From NCBI RefSeq assembly GCF_009914755.1, contig NC_060947.1: 64,000 bases of DNA. One strand, 5' to 3'. The notes beneath the pieces were generated by a model. The model searched no databases. It was not told the DNA's origin and saw nothing but the letters and a program-made list of their open reading frames with translations. This DNA comes from the human T2T-CHM13v2.0 reference genome, Homo sapiens. Shown here piece after piece: positions 13,499 to 32,429 of the stretch; within the stretch, counting starts at the first letter, position 1; each line of letters opens with the position of its first letter. Made by a program: the position numbers and the translations under genes.

Positions 13499-14056
13499 TT
13501 AGGCTCATTGGAAGGTTTTCAGCACACACGATTCTGTTTCAATTAATTATGAAGTGATAAGAAACAGAGTGAGTTGGTTATTCACCAGTCCTCCAATGCA
13601 CAATTAAGAAAAGTTGAGTAGGCTACAATACTTATTCAATTACACAGAACTCTTCCCTTTCAGATAAGGAAGGCACCTATTAGGGAAACAATCTGCTCTA
13701 CAAATAGTCAGCCTAGGCCTTGATTTTTACAAAATGACTAACCATCAAAGATAAACCCATATTTGAAAAAATTGTACAAAATAGAAAGAGCATAAGGATT
13801 AAATTGAATATTTTACACTAGGAGAAATACATACAATTCAAGGAAGAAGTATGAAAGAAAAATATAATTAGGCTACTCAAGTATATTTGGGATGATACCA
13901 ATTTCATCAATAAAAAGGGACAGGATTTTATATAAAAGCAAATGTAATAGAACAAATGAGAATGTATAGAAATTAAACATCACCAATTAAAAGTTGGAAG
14001 TCATTAGAAAGAATAAAATATATAATCAAGAATATCTCTTGAAAATAGAGTTAAAA

Positions 14057-14343
14057 GGCCAGGTGTGGTGGTTCAACATGTAATCCCAGTGCTTTGGGAG
14101 GCCAAGGTGAGAGGACCGCTTGAGGCTAGGAGTTCAAGACCATTCTGGACAACATCGCAAGATCCTGTCTCTACAAAAATTTAAAAAAATTTGCCAGGGG
14201 TAGTGGCACACACAGGTAGTCCTAGTTACTCAGGAGGCTGAGGCAGGAGGAACAGTTGAGCGCGAGAGTTCCAGGCCATGGTGAGCTGTGAATGCACCAC
14301 TGCATTTCAGCCTGGGTGATAGAGTAAGATGCTGTCTCTTAAA
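14057..14343 (+). mobile_element. AluJ
   Basis: J-type 'gaggaccgcttgaggctaggagttc'; TSD AAAATAGAGT(T/C)AAAA. Confidence 0.9.
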
Positions 14344-14529
14344 AAAATAGAGTCAAAAGACAAAAAAAAAAGTGACAACATATTGGATAAATGTGACTAA
14401 TAGGAATTTCAAAAAGAAATTACAGAGAGGAAGTTACCAGGGGCAAAAATATTACTCATAACTAAAGACAGGCAGGAATGAATCATCAGACTCTTTAGAT
14501 TGAATGAATCACCACTTACCAAGCAGGTC

Positions 14530-15210
14530 ATTAACTCAACCAGTATTTACTAAGTGCCTACTAAGGGCAGGCCTATTTCTGGGTGCTTGTAATACAGCAG
14601 TGAACAAAACAGACAAAAATATTTCTGGCTTTATGTAGCTGATATTCTAGATGAGGGAATCAGACAATAAATGTAAAAAATTTGTAATACGTAATATGTC
14701 AGATGGCTATGACTATTATGGAGAAAATAAAACAATAACAAATAGGAAGTGCTGGAGAATTTGCTGTTTTTAAATAAAATAGTTAGGGAAAACGCCCATA
14801 ATAAGGTGACATGCCATCAGAGACTTGAAGAAATTAAGAGACTGAGTTATGCAAATATATCTAGAAGAACATTCTGCGCAGTAGAAACAGCAAATGTGAC
14901 AACCTTGAGATGGGAGCATGTTTAGTATACACAATCAATAGCATAGAGGCCAAAATCTCTGGAACACAGAGCAATAGAAGATAAGGTCAGAGGCAAAAGG
15001 CTTTGCAAGCCACTGTAAGAATTTTAAACTTTTCTGTCCAATAAATGGGAAGTCTGGAGGGTTTTGAGGGTAGTCCTAGTAATGTGATCTCATTTACATT
15101 TTTAAAGAACCCCTCTGGGCTTTCTAATGAGAATGCTGTCATTAGAGCAGAACAGAAGCAGAGGCTCCTCTGTAAGAGAAAGGGCTGAATTAATTCCAAG
15201 TGAAACATGG
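14530..15210 (-). mobile_element. L2a 3' region
   Basis: 'tatttactaagtgcctact...atacagcagtgaacaaaacagacaaaaat...aaggtgacat...atgggaagtctggagggttttgag'. Confidence 0.8.
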
Positions 15211-15801
15211 ACCCTTCTACTTAAGCAACAACATATATCAAATCCTTCATAGAACCATGCTCACAACTACTGCAAAAAGTCAGTGGCACTAAGGACTAGC
15301 TTCACAAGTATTCTTTTATGGTCCCATTATCAATGTCTCTTTGTAGATTGCAGATGTAAAAGCATCTTATAGGCATTTTCAATATGACATCAATGGCCCC
15401 TTTCACACTTTAAAAAGCATTGAGCAATAAAATTATATTTATTTATAAGACAGAGCTAACAACTCAAATTCTAGAGTCAATAGGTTATATTACGTATTAT
15501 GACAGTGGCATATGTAATTAATTTTGGCTTTTTAAAAAGAAGCTGTACAGTGTTCAGAGACAGACAGGTTCTTTCCTAATTAAAATAAACACTCTGACAC
15601 CTAAGTAATAAATTCACATTTATTTTCTAAGCAGAAGCTACTCCTAAAACAAAGACATAAGTATCTTTTTTCCTTTTGGGAAAATTTTCTAATCAGTAAA
15701 CTCTTAGATCAATTCTCATGATTCTTAGAAGATTAGACAAAAACATGAATTTAGTAAAGTGAATAAAGAAAAGAGAAATAACATCAATTAATCCCATATG
15801 A

Positions 15802-17045
<1,244 letters not shown>

Positions 17046-18691
17046 AACCCATTTATTGTTTTTGAGTCCTTACAACTCAGCCAACATGCGAAGCTTTGTA
17101 ATACACCTAGTTTTGTCAATCCCTTAAATGCAAATTGAGAGCCCAATTTGATGTTGTTGGTGTCATAATGAAATGATTGTGACACATTCCTAAGAAAACA
17201 ACCAAGTATGCTGTTTTCTCGTATAACTTCCAAAGAAGCTCATATTTCATCTTTTGAAGGTAATAGCCAATTTCTTTGAGGTGGTTGAGGTGTAAGTGAC
17301 AAATCTGACCAGCTTATTAACTTAATTGACTTGTTGATTTCTATTCATTCATTAATACATTTATTCATTTAATCGTTTATTCAATCAATAAATAATATTT
17401 GAGATAATGTGTTGGGAATGTTGAATCGAAACAAGTGAACATGGCATTTGACTTCAAAGGATTTATCATTACAAAAATAAGTACGTTCAATTAAGTTTTA
17501 GCCATGCCAGGGCACAGTTGAAGACTAAGGAGAGAGCATAGTCAATTTTCTTTGGCAAATTAAGATTGGCCAAAAAATTTAAATTCTTCACAGGTGAAAC
17601 GGCACGTAAAGTCAGATTTGAAAGATGAGAAATTATTCTAAGGCTAGTTTGTCGATTCCAGGACATTTTAGATGTAGGGAACATCATACCCAAAAGCATG
17701 AAAGCCCCACGTGGACAGAGCTGAATATGTTACATCAGCAGTTTTCACCACATAGATGATTGTATTATAATTAGCATGCTGACTGACTAATACTAGTTGT
17801 ATGACTATATACAATATTCCTCTGAATGTAGGTAACCAACATGTCAGTATAAAGGGGAAGTATTGGATTTGAAAGGAATCTAGTTTAGAAGGCAAGTTAC
17901 CATTTGGTTGGCAAATACTTCACCCTTCATATCACAGGCACATTTGTACACATGGGTAGATATACTCTAGTCCTGTTGTCATGTTTTTATTTTTTTGTTG
18001 TTGTTATCAGTTGTGTGCCTAGCACATATTATTCCTATCTGAAAAACGAGAAAAATCTGAATACACTTGTCCATATAAAGATGGAAAAACTCTTATGATA
18101 ATGTTTTGGAAAAAAGGAAAAACAATCTCAAAATTAATAAATGACTTCAATTATTTCCTGCAGTGAGTAGTAATTATACTAGTAATTGTATGCTATGTCA
18201 TCTGTAAAATTATTCTGATAAGTATAAGAATCATAGCAATCATATTTCAACCCTTACATCTCAACTAACTATAATAGTCTTTTCAAATAAAAACAGACAC
18301 AATTCATTCCCTTAATTTTCTCAGCTTTGTAAATTTGTATTATCATTATTTATTTCCTATATAAATACATTATCAGTATATGCATTTTTCTTAGTTTATC
18401 TTATGCTTCATGATTACCTTTGAAACACTCACTACACATGCTTGGAAGAAAATACAATTTTTCTCTCCATAAATTATCGTTTTGGCATTAAATATTTTGT
18501 GAAGACAATATACATGCTGTTACTAGAGCAATATTTAATGTTTTTTTGTAACTCAAACGTCAATTTTCTGAAAAAATAATTTGTAAGAAATGATTAAACT
18601 TCCAAAGTTACTTTGTCATAGGTCTCTGAGAAAGTATCCTAGGACTAGCATTGATACCAAAATAAAAGAAAGGGCTTATATTTATCTATTT

Positions 18692-18719
18692 GCACACACA
18701 CACACACACACACACACAC
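18692..18719. repeat. (CA)n microsatellite
   Basis: About 13 CA units. Confidence 0.95.
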
Positions 18720-19594
18720 CACACCCTCAATTATTTTCCACCCTTTTTAAACCAAAACCTCTAATTTTGGCCAGGATGTCATTTTGTAGAGCTCGTTGAA
18801 AGCCCTTTGATGTGGTATCCAGATTTATTTTTTAGGTTATTAAACCCCAGGTTAAGACACATGACATAAAAATGAAGCCAGAGTTGTTTCTGTGTTTGTG
18901 TTTTTATCATAAAGATTTTAATCCTCATGCCATCTCAATTTGATTGTGTAACACTGCAATATTATTTTTACATTCTCTAGCTCTGAAGTTATTGGAATCG
19001 TACCAATTAACCACAAATGAAAATATATATGATACTGAATAACGTGTATTCTTTGGTTTCATTCCTCCAGAATTCATTTCTCAATCAGTCATATGTTCAT
19101 TCCAAACTGATTCTAAATATATATCAAAAGGATTATAAAACAAAGATTTTCACTAAAACATGGACTACAGCCGAAACTGCCAAAATTAAATTCATCATGT
19201 AGCATCACTACATTTTTTACTGAGAAATAATGAAAATAATCTGTACTTTTAAGTAAATAAAAATAATGAAACTATGAATTAACAATTTGTACAATAGTAA
19301 TATATTTTAATTTATTTTTAAAGCTATAAATTGGTTCAAAAGACAAACTACAGCAACCTCTGTCATGCTTAATGGATAATGTATAATAAAATACAAATAA
19401 ATCAGGAATAGCAAGAAGCTGTATTAATAACTATTGATTGTATGAGAAAATATGTATTACTCCTTGCTAATGAATTTGGAAATCTAGAAAATATGACTTA
19501 TTTTCTAGGAAACCACAGGATATCAAAACAAAAAATAGAAAACTTCTAAACTGTGAATCAACCTATACTTATGAAAAAAATAAAAATTATGACA

Positions 19595-19757
19595 TGGGAA
19601 CAATAGACACTGTGGACTTTTAGAGGGAAGAGGAAGACGTCATGGGTCGAAAAACTACCTGTTGGATACCATGCTCACTATCTGGGTGCAATGCAACCAT
19701 GTAATGAGCGTGTACATATACCCTCCTATCTAAAATAGAAGTTCAAAAGAATTAAAA
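19595..19757 (+). mobile_element. L1PB/L1PA16-like 3' end fragment
   Basis: 'gggaacaatagacactg...gaaaaactacctgttggataccatgctcactatctgggtg...tctaaaatagaagtt'. Confidence 0.75.
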
Positions 19758-19781
19758 TTAAAATCAAAATTATCTCAGATA

Positions 19782-20097
<316 letters not shown>

Positions 20098-21009
20098 TCA
20101 AATACTTAGCTCAAAATAATCTGAAAAGCCAGACAACTTTACACTGAAATATCTCCATACTTTCAAGAAATTATGAATTCTAAACCAAACTCTCCTACAA
20201 TAGAAAAAATTTCGAAACATGCTAATCACTTTGCCAAGCAAGAAATACCTGTATATTAAAAAACAGAAATATAACACAAAAACTGCAATGAGATTTGAGT
20301 ATAGATATGAGAATTCTAGAAAATAAAACACAATGGTATGTCATCCAAATATAAGTTGGTTAGAAAAAGGTTTTACGCTTAACATGCAAAGTGGCTTAAC
20401 ATCAATAAATGTAATAACATATATCATCAAGTAAAATCAATGGTAATCTGGAAAGATACTAAAAATTCAGTTGACAAATTTCATTACCAATTTGATGAAT
20501 TACCACTGTTGATGAAAAACAAGTTCCTAAGAAACTAGGAATATCATTTCTAAAAAAGTAAAAACACAACTGCATTGTCATTAAAAACACGGAAAAATAA
20601 GGCTAATATTGCCTTAATTAAAAAAAGAAGACAGAGCAGCAACTGAAATAAGATACAAAACAGTTACAAAAGACATGGTTATTTTCAAAAACTGAAAAGG
20701 ACAAAAACAAAAAACTTTTAATATACTTCTGAGGCAGAAAATAAACCACAACAGCTAATCAAAATATAAAAAATATTCCACTTGGTATCACCTGAAGGAA
20801 GGCAAAATAATATACAAATATAACATGACTTTTCTAATGTTTACCATTTAAAAAATGCTAATAGCCATGGTTGAATGATCTAGAAGGAAGGTATTTCTCC
20901 ATGAAAAGTTACCAGATGTTTAAGGCTTTTGGTATATATCTGGTAATTTTTGCACGTATGCTCATAGCGTTCTTACACAAAGTTGGGCTGCAGGAATGTT
21001 CATCAGAAT

Positions 21010-21160
21010 ATTTAATTCAAAAAATTGTTGAGAAATATTTATACATATTTATAGGATGCATGTGATATTTTTTACCAACATAGAATGTGTAATGATCAAG
21101 TCAATGTATTTGGGGTTCACATCACATCCAATATTTATCATGTCTATGTGTTGGGAACAA
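21010..21160 (-). mobile_element. L1MA 3' end fragment
   Basis: 'atacatatttataggatgcatgtgatattt...catagaatgtgtaatgatcaagtca...tatgtgttgggaaca'. Confidence 0.7.
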
Positions 21161-22259
21161 TATCATAATGTATAAATAATCTAATTGTTCAATAATTGAG
21201 AATATTTTAGTAACCACACTGTGCCTGCATAATTCAATGGTATGCAAGCATTGAAGTAATGAGTGTGGATGTTTATTTAAGAGTAATGAAAATCTCCTGA
21301 AATTGGTTGTATTAATGGTTTCTTACCTCCGTATACATCCTAAAAGCCATTGAATTGTACTCCTTAAATAAGTGAATTGTATGGTATGTGAATTATATAC
21401 CAATGAGGCTATTACCCCAAAAAAACACCACATATAGGAAAATTATGATATACAAGTAAAATTAATGGTGTTTAAATAACTTAATTGATCAAAAGCAGTA
21501 TACAAAACACTATGCACAATATAATGTACTGTTTATAAAATGTATAAGAAAAAATGAATGATAAGAAAAGTATTTTGAAATTGTAATCAAGAAGAGAACT
21601 CGAACATAAATCAAATTTTAATCATTAAGAAAATAAAATCACAATAAAGATATTTTAAAATTATAAGATAATACTGTCAATAAAATATGCTAATAAGTAC
21701 AATTTCTAATTTAAAGTATAAGTTTCTATACAAAATAAAATTATCTTAAAGCAAAAGTCTTGAAAGAAACAATGACAATGGAAAACATTGAAAAAGGTAA
21801 TAAAGCATTATTAAAAATATAGCACTAGTTTCATTTGGTTTTACAGAGAATTTATTTAAAATTTCAAGATCGGATAATTAATATGCTGTATAAACTCTTC
21901 TGTCACTTATAAAAATAACTAAGATTTATATTTTGCTAAGCTAGTTTAAAACTAATACCATGACCTTATAGATAATAACACAAAGTTGTACAGCCTGATC
22001 ATGCACATGCTAATTTAAAATATATTTTCAACAAACCCCCCCTAGCAAATCAAACTCATTTGTGTATAAAATGATGCTATTCTGTGGTGAGGAAATTATT
22101 GTTTCATCAATGAAAAAATAGCTTTATATTTTCTTTTATGAATATGTTACTATACTAAATCATATTTTATCTATAACATAAATAGAATAAGAAAAAAATA
22201 GCTCCACAGAAGAAATGTCCACAGAAAGACATTTAATTTAGCATTCATACCTGATGTTA

Positions 22260-22470
22260 CTAACATTGAGCCCTTAGAATATGTTGGCCACCGTAGTAAA
22301 CATTTTACATTTGTTACCTCATTTAATCCTTACAATAACTCTATAAGATAAGGCACTATCAGCTTCTTTATTTCAAATGAAGAAAAAGGCTCAGGAGTTT
22401 GAGTCACTGAAAGTTCAACTAGGAAATGCAGAATTTCTCCATAGGACATACTCTTAGCCACAGTGCAAGT
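22260..22470 (-). mobile_element. MIR
   Basis: 'ctcatttaatccttacaataactctataagataaggcactat...atttcaaatgaagaaaaaggctcag'. Confidence 0.75.
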
Positions 22471-23355
22471 TTACCATAACCTAAGAGCCAACATTATTTT
22501 CATTGGAATAAAAGACAAGAAATAATATGCACTGTCATCAGGATTATTTAATACTAGTCTGAGTGTATTGCTCAGACAATAAGAAAAGAATCAGTAATTT
22601 ACCTATTTGAAAATTGATGACAAAATAATCGTTATTTTAAGGTGCTATGATTAGAAAAATAGAAAATGCAAAAGAGGCAACTACAAAATACTGCAAGTAA
22701 TAGAAGTAAACTGGATGATTATAAACTAAATATACAAAATCAATAATTTCCTTATAAATGAGATATTACAGGTTAGAAAATATAATAGAAATATATATTT
22801 GAAGAAACAATGAAATTGTAAAATAAAATAAAAAATTAATACAAATAACAGATAATATCTTAAGAAATTTTAGAAATTACTGAGAGACTTAAGAAATGGA
22901 AATTTAAAATTCCATCTTTCTGGACGAATTCACTTGAATATATATATATATATAATGTATCTCCACATGACATTAATTCACCTTTATTAATTTCGAAACA
23001 TAAAAATTATTCTGTCACCTAAAATTACGTGAAATTATTTTAAAAAGTAAAAACAAGAAAACCTTCATGAATCATCACTGAAATATATAATAGGCAAATC
23101 AGAACAAGAGTGAATGTTTTGCTATCAGCCTAGATGTACCGAGTCCTTGACTACATTATAATATCTAAACAATCAAGAATATGTGTAAATATATCAGATA
23201 AGAAAAGGTACTTTTAAATAATTATAAAATTAAAAATATCATAACTGCAAAACACTATTAATAATTATTTTTATTCTGAAACCGTGTATCAGAATAAGTA
23301 AAATTGAATTGAATAATTTAAAGCAAAAACTATTAAAAACCTATATTTAAAATTT

Positions 23356-26551
<3,196 letters not shown>

Positions 26552-27113
26552 ACTGTCATACAGATTAGAAAGTTATAGTCCCATTAAAGTGTCTTGTTGA
26601 TTTGGGAAATTGATGTGACAAGTGAGAAAGTTAGGATAGAACATGATTGTGTCAAAATTTAACAGTGATTTCCTTCTAATACAATTATATAAACATCATT
26701 TTAAATATATTTTTAAGTTTTCTACAATGCATATATTTCTTTTCTGTTTAAAATAAACTTTACTGAGCTATGATTTGTATAGCATAAAATGCAGTCATTT
26801 TAAGTGTACAATTTGATTTATATTGACAAATGTATATACATCAATAACTATATAGAAAAAGATATTGAGTATTTCTTTTTTTCTCATAAAACTACCTCAT
26901 GCTCTTTGCAGTGAATTCCTCACACATCTGAACAAAGGAAAATACTGGTCTCCTTTATCTTATTAACAGTTTTACCTTTCTAAAACTGTATATAAAGGAC
27001 TTCATACTACATGCATTTTTCATTTCAACTTCTTTTTAAAGTTTTTTTTAAAATACATCCATGTTTTGTATATCAAGGGTTCATTTATGTTTTTTTCTGG
27101 GTAACATCCTCTA

Positions 27114-27566
27114 TGTACTACTTTCTAAGGCTGCCATAACAAATTACCACAAACTGTGCAGCTAAAAATAACAGAATTTTATCATCTCAAAGTTCTTGGA
27201 GAATAAAAGTTCAAAATCAATGAGTATGGCAAGTCCATATTGCCTCCAAAAGCTCTATCAAAATATTCTTTCTTGCCTCTTCTAGCCTCTGGGAGTTACC
27301 ATCAATCCTTGCTCTTCTTCAGGTTGTGGCAGCATAAATCTAATCTCAGCCTCTGTCTTTACATAGCCATTTTCCTCTGAGTATATTGGTGTCGAAGTTT
27401 CCCTCTTCTTATAGGGACACCAGTCACTGGATTAGAATTTACCCTAATCCTTCATGACCACATCTTAACTTGACTACATACGCAGAGATCCTATATCCAA
27501 ATAAGATCCTATTCACACCTTCTGGGTGGACATAACTTTGAAGGGGATACTCTTAAATTCAGTACA
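27114..27566 (-). mobile_element. MLT1B/C solo LTR nested in an old minus-strand L1 (about 26740-27670)
   Basis: 'ggctgccataacaaattaccacaaactg...cttatagggacaccagtcactggattag...ccaaataag'. Confidence 0.8.
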
Positions 27567-30500
27567 CACCATATGGATGAACCACAATTTATTTCTTCAT
27601 TGGTCAGTTATTTCCATTTTCTGGCTTTTACAGTAAGTGTGCTATTTGTGTAAACACTCTTGAGAAATAATGTGTTTTTTTTTCTTTCCAACATTTATTT
27701 TAGGTTTGGGAGTACATGTGAAGGTTTGGCGTATAGATCATTTTATCATCTGGATAATAATCCTAGTACCCAGTAGGTGGATTTTCAATCCTCACCCTCC
27801 TCATACCCTCCACCTTCAAGTAGGCTGTGGTATTTACTGTTCCATGTTTTGTGTTCCCGTGTACTCATTGTGTAACTCCTACCTATAAGTGAGAATATGT
27901 GGTATTTGGTTTCTTTTTCTGCATTAATTCATTTAGGATAATAGCCTCCAGCTCCATCCATGTTGCTGCAAAAGACACAATTTTCTTCTTTATTATGGCT
28001 GCATAGTATCCCATGGTGTACATGTACCATATTCTCTTTATCCAGTCTGCCACTGATGGGCATCTATGTTGATTTCCCATTGTGAATAGTGCTGTGAAGA
28101 ACATATGAGTGCACGTGTCTTTACGTTAGAACTATTTATATTCCATTGGGTATATACCCAGGGATAGGATTGCTGGGTCAAATGGTTTTCTCTACAACAT
28201 CACCAGAATCTGTTATTTTTTGACTTTTTGATAATAGCCATTCTGACTGTTATTAGATGGTATCTCATTGTGGTTTTGATTTGCATTTCTCTTATGATTA
28301 GTGATATTGAGCATTTTTCATATGCTTGTTAGCCACATATATGTCTTCTTTTGAGAAGTCTCTGTTCATGGCCTTTGCCCATTTTTTAAATGGGGTTGTT
28401 TGTTTTTTGCCTGTTAATTTGTTCAAGTGTCTTATAGATTCTGAACATTAGACCTTTGTTGGATGCATAGTTTGCAAATATTTTCCGTCATTCTGTAGAT
28501 TGTCTGTTTTTTCTGTTGACGGTTTCTTTTACTGTGCAGAAGCTCTTTAGTTTCATTAGGTTCACTTGTCAATTTTTATTTTTGTTGCAGTAGCTTTTGG
28601 ATTTTTTTTTATGAAACCTTTGCCAGGACCTATGTCCAGAATGGTATTTCATAGGTTTTCTTCTAGGGTTTTTATAGTTTTGGGTTTTACATTTAAGTCT
28701 ATAATCCATCTTGAGTTGATTTTGGGATATGGGGAAATGAAGTAATTCAGTATCAATCCTCTGCATATGGTTAGCCAGTTATCACAGCACCATTTAGTGA
28801 ATAGAGAATCCTTTTCCCATTGCTTCTTATCGTCAGCTTTGTTGAACATCTCATTATTCTTCTGCGGAAATAGAATGGGCCTAAGATGTCCAATACTTTG
28901 TTCAATAGGAGTTGTAAAAGTGGGTATCCTTGTTTAATTCTGGTTCTCAAAGGGAATGCTTCTAGCTTTTACCTGTACAGTATTATGTTGGCAATGGGTT
29001 TGTCATAGATGGCTGTTAGTATTTTGTGCTATCTTCCTTTGATGCCTAGTTTGTCAAGGGTTTTTAACACAAAGGAAGTTCAGTTTTATTGAAAGTCTTT
29101 TCTACATCTATAATCACGTGGTTTTTGGTTTTAGTTCTGTTTATGTGATGCATCACATTTATTGATTTGCATATATTGACCCAACTTTGCATCCCAGGAA
29201 TGATGCCTACTTGATCATGGTGGATTAGCTTTTTGATGTGTTGCTGGATTAACTTTGTTTGTATTGTGTTGAAGAATTTTACATCTAAGTTTATTGGGAA
29301 AGTTGACCTAAAGTTTCCTTTTTTGCAGTGTGTTTGACTGGTGTGGGTATCAGAATGATGTGGGCTTTATGGGATGAGATAGGGAGGAGTGCCTCCTCTT
29401 CAACTTTTTGGAACAGTTTCAGTAGAATTAATACCAGCTCTTCTTTATATGTCTGGTAGTACTACTTGACTGTGAATTCAACTGGTCTTGTGCTTCTTCT
29501 GGTTGATCAGCTTTTTATTTGTGATTCAATTTTAGAACTCCTTAGAGGTGTGTTTATGGTTTTAATTTACATTTGGTTAAATCTTGGGAGGTTTTGTGTT
29601 TCCAGGAATTTATTTAATTCTTCTAGGTTTTCTAATTTGTGTGCATAGATGTGATTGTAATTGTCCCTGAGGGTTTTTTGTATTTCTGTATAGTCAGTAG
29701 TAATGTGTTCTTCTCATTTTTGAATGTTTCTATTTAAATCTTCTTATTTTTCCCATTATTCTAACTAGAAGTGTATCAAACTTATTTATTCTTTCAAGAA
29801 ACCAAGTTTTGGTTTTTTGCATCTTTTGCATTATTTTTCCCTTCTTAATTTCCTTCAGATCAACTCTGATTTTGGTTATTTCTTTTCTTCTGGCAGATTG
29901 GGTGTTGGTTGCCTCTTATTTTTCTAGTTCTTCTAGGTGTCATGTTAGGTTGTTAATTTTAGATCTTTCTAACTTTTTGATGTAGACATTTAGTGTCATA
30001 ATCTGTCCTCTTAACACTATTTTTGCTACACCCCAGAGATTCCGGTACGTTGTATCTTTGTTTTCACTAGTTTCAAAGAATTTCTTGATTTCTGCCTTAA
30101 TTTTATTCTTTACCCAAAGTAATTCAGCAGCAGGTTGTTTAATTTTAATGTAATTTTATAATTTTCAGAAATCTTATTGATATTGATTTCTATTTATATT
30201 GCACTGTGGTCTGAGAGTGTGGTTGGTGTGATATCAGTTTTTATGAATTTGTCGAGAATTGCTTTATGACTAACTGTGTCGTCAATTTCAGGGTATGTGC
30301 CATGTGCAGATGAGAATAATGTATATTCTGTTGTTGTTGGGTGGAAGGTTTGGTAGAGGTTAGGTCTATTTAGTTAAGTATCAAATTTGGGTCCTGAATG
30401 TCTTTGTTAGTTTTCTGCTTTGATGATTTGTCTAATTCCTTTACTGGAATGTTGAAGTCTCCCAGTTTTACCGTGTGGTTATCTGTCTATTTGTGTGTCT

Positions 30501-31211
30501 CTAAGAACTTGTTTGATGAATCTGGGGGCTCCTGTATTGGGTCCATATATAGAGAGAATAGTCACATATTTTTGAATTGAAACTTTTATCATTATGTAAC
30601 GCTCTTCTCTGTCCTTTTTGATGATTGTTGGTTTAAAGTCTGTTTTGTCTGAAATAAGAATAGCAGCCCTTGCTCATTTTTCTTTCTGTTTGATGATAAG
30701 TTATTATCTACCCCTTTACTTTGAGCTTATGGGTGTCATTGCATGTCAGATGGCTATTTTGAAGGCAGTATACAGTTATGTTTGGCTGCTTTACCCAATT
30801 TGTCACTCTGTGCCTTTTAGGTGGAGCATGTAGCCATTTTCATTGGATGTTAATATTGATACCTGTGGATTTAATTCTGTTATTGTGTTGTAAGCTAGTT
30901 GTTATGATGACTTGATTGTGTTGTTCATTTACATTGTCAATGATTCTTGCAATAGCTGGTTAGGGCCTTTTGTTTCCAAATTTAGTACTCCCTTAAGGAA
31001 CTCTTATATGGCAGCTCTGGTGGTAACAAATTCTCTCAGCATTTTCTTGGTCTAATAAATATTTAATGTTTCCTTCACTTATGAAGTGTAGTTTGGCTAG
31101 ATATTAAATTCTTGGTTGAAATTTCTTTTCTTTAACAATGCTGAATATAGGTCCCCAGTCTCTTCTGGCTTGTAGGGTTTCTGCTGAATGATCCACTGTT
31201 GGCCTGATATT

Positions 31212-31428
31212 TTGTTTCTGTTTTCCTTTCTTTTCTTTTCTTTTTTTTCCTTCCTTCCTTCCTTCCTTCCTTCCTTCCTTCCTTCCTTCCTTCCTTCCGT
31301 CCTCCCTCTCTCTCTTTTTCTTTCTCTTTCTTTCTTTCCCTTCTTTCTTTCTTCTTTCTTCTTTCTTTCTTTCTTCTTTCTTCCTTCCTTCCTTCTTTCT
31401 TTCTCTATTTGTCTGTCTCTTCTCTCTA
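31212..31428. repeat. (TTCC)n/(TTTC)n polypyrimidine tract
   Basis: About 200 bp of nearly pure pyrimidines on the + strand. Confidence 0.95.
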
Positions 31429-31648
31429 GTTCCCACTAATATTTTTTCTTTTTCTTTGACCTTGGAGGATCAAGGACTATGTGTCTTGGGAATGGTCATC
31501 CTGTATGGTATCTCACAGGGGTTATGTGAGTTTCCTGGATATGAATGTTGACCTCTATAGTAGTGTTGATGAAAATCTTGTGTACAATATCCTTAAATAT
31601 GTTTTCCAAGTTGTTTGCTCTCTCTCACTTTCTTTCAAGGACACCAAT

Positions 31649-32192
31649 TGAAGCAGAAGATATAAAAAGAAAAACAAGTTTTTCTGTACTAGGCTCACTC
31701 ACTCCAAGACCCAGGGAAGGGCAGGGCTCTGTGGAGGCTTTGATAGCACTATCTGCAGAGCCAAGGCTAAGAAGGAATGGGCTCCAGAGTCTCTCCCTCC
31801 AAACCCAGAGCAAGGTTGGGAAAAACAAGTTTTTCTCTTTCAGCTTCCACTTTCCCCCTTACTATTCTCACAATTATCTTTGCAAGTTTTGTAAGTTCCT
31901 GTTTTTCCCTTCTGTGCAGCACAACGAAGGTCACAAGATATGCCTGAGTTGCAACACCTGGCTTGAGTTGTAAAACCTGTCACTGGTTGATAAACTGCCT
32001 TTGTTCTGCTTCTGTAAGCTTGCTTACCCGCCTTACAGATTTCACACCCTTTTCAGATGCATGTATAAAAGTGGAGCCCTGTCTTTGTTCAGGGCTCAGC
32101 CTGTGGATGTTAGTTCACTGAGCCAGTGGTCACCTAAATAAAATTCTCCTGTTCCACACATTGGTCTCTCTAGTCCCTCAATTCCCACAACA
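31649..32192 (+). mobile_element. ERV1 solo LTR (LTR15-like, family tentative) inserted in L1 ORF1
   Basis: TG...CA ends; 4-bp TSD CAAT at 31645-31648 and 32193-32196; TATAAAA near 32064 and AATAAA near 32137. Confidence 0.8.
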
Positions 32193-32429
32193 CAATGACC
32201 AATGAGTCATAGGTTTGGTGTCTACGTAATCCCATATTTTTCAGAGGTTTTAATCATTCTTTTTATTCTTTTTTCTTTATAATTGTCTGACTGAGTTGAT
32301 TCAAAGAACGGATTTTTTTGAACACTGAGATTCTTTCCTCTGCTTATTCCTTTCTCTTGTTGATATTTCTGATTGTATTATAAAATTCTTATAGTGACAT
32401 TTTCAGCTGTATCAGATCATTTTTCTTCT

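Larger units (their letters stand above)
27675..32425 (-). mobile_element. L1PA15/16-like element (3'UTR to ORF1), internally deleted and interrupted
   Basis: Antisense 3'UTR 'ctcaccctcctcataccctccaccttcaagtagg'; ORF2-like peptides (28649-28849 '[11 protein letters not shown]') and ORF1-like 'SAETLQARRDWGPIFSIVKEKKFQPRI'. Confidence 0.85.

Noticed and set aside
17225-17300. Possible + strand micro-exon ending at 'gt|gtaagt'
   Set aside because: Weak acceptor, no recognisable peptide and no partner exons.
31104-31439. Lys/Glu/Arg-rich and Phe/Leu/Ser-rich ORFs
   Set aside because: Translations of the TTCC/TTTC microsatellite plus an L1 ORF1 remnant.
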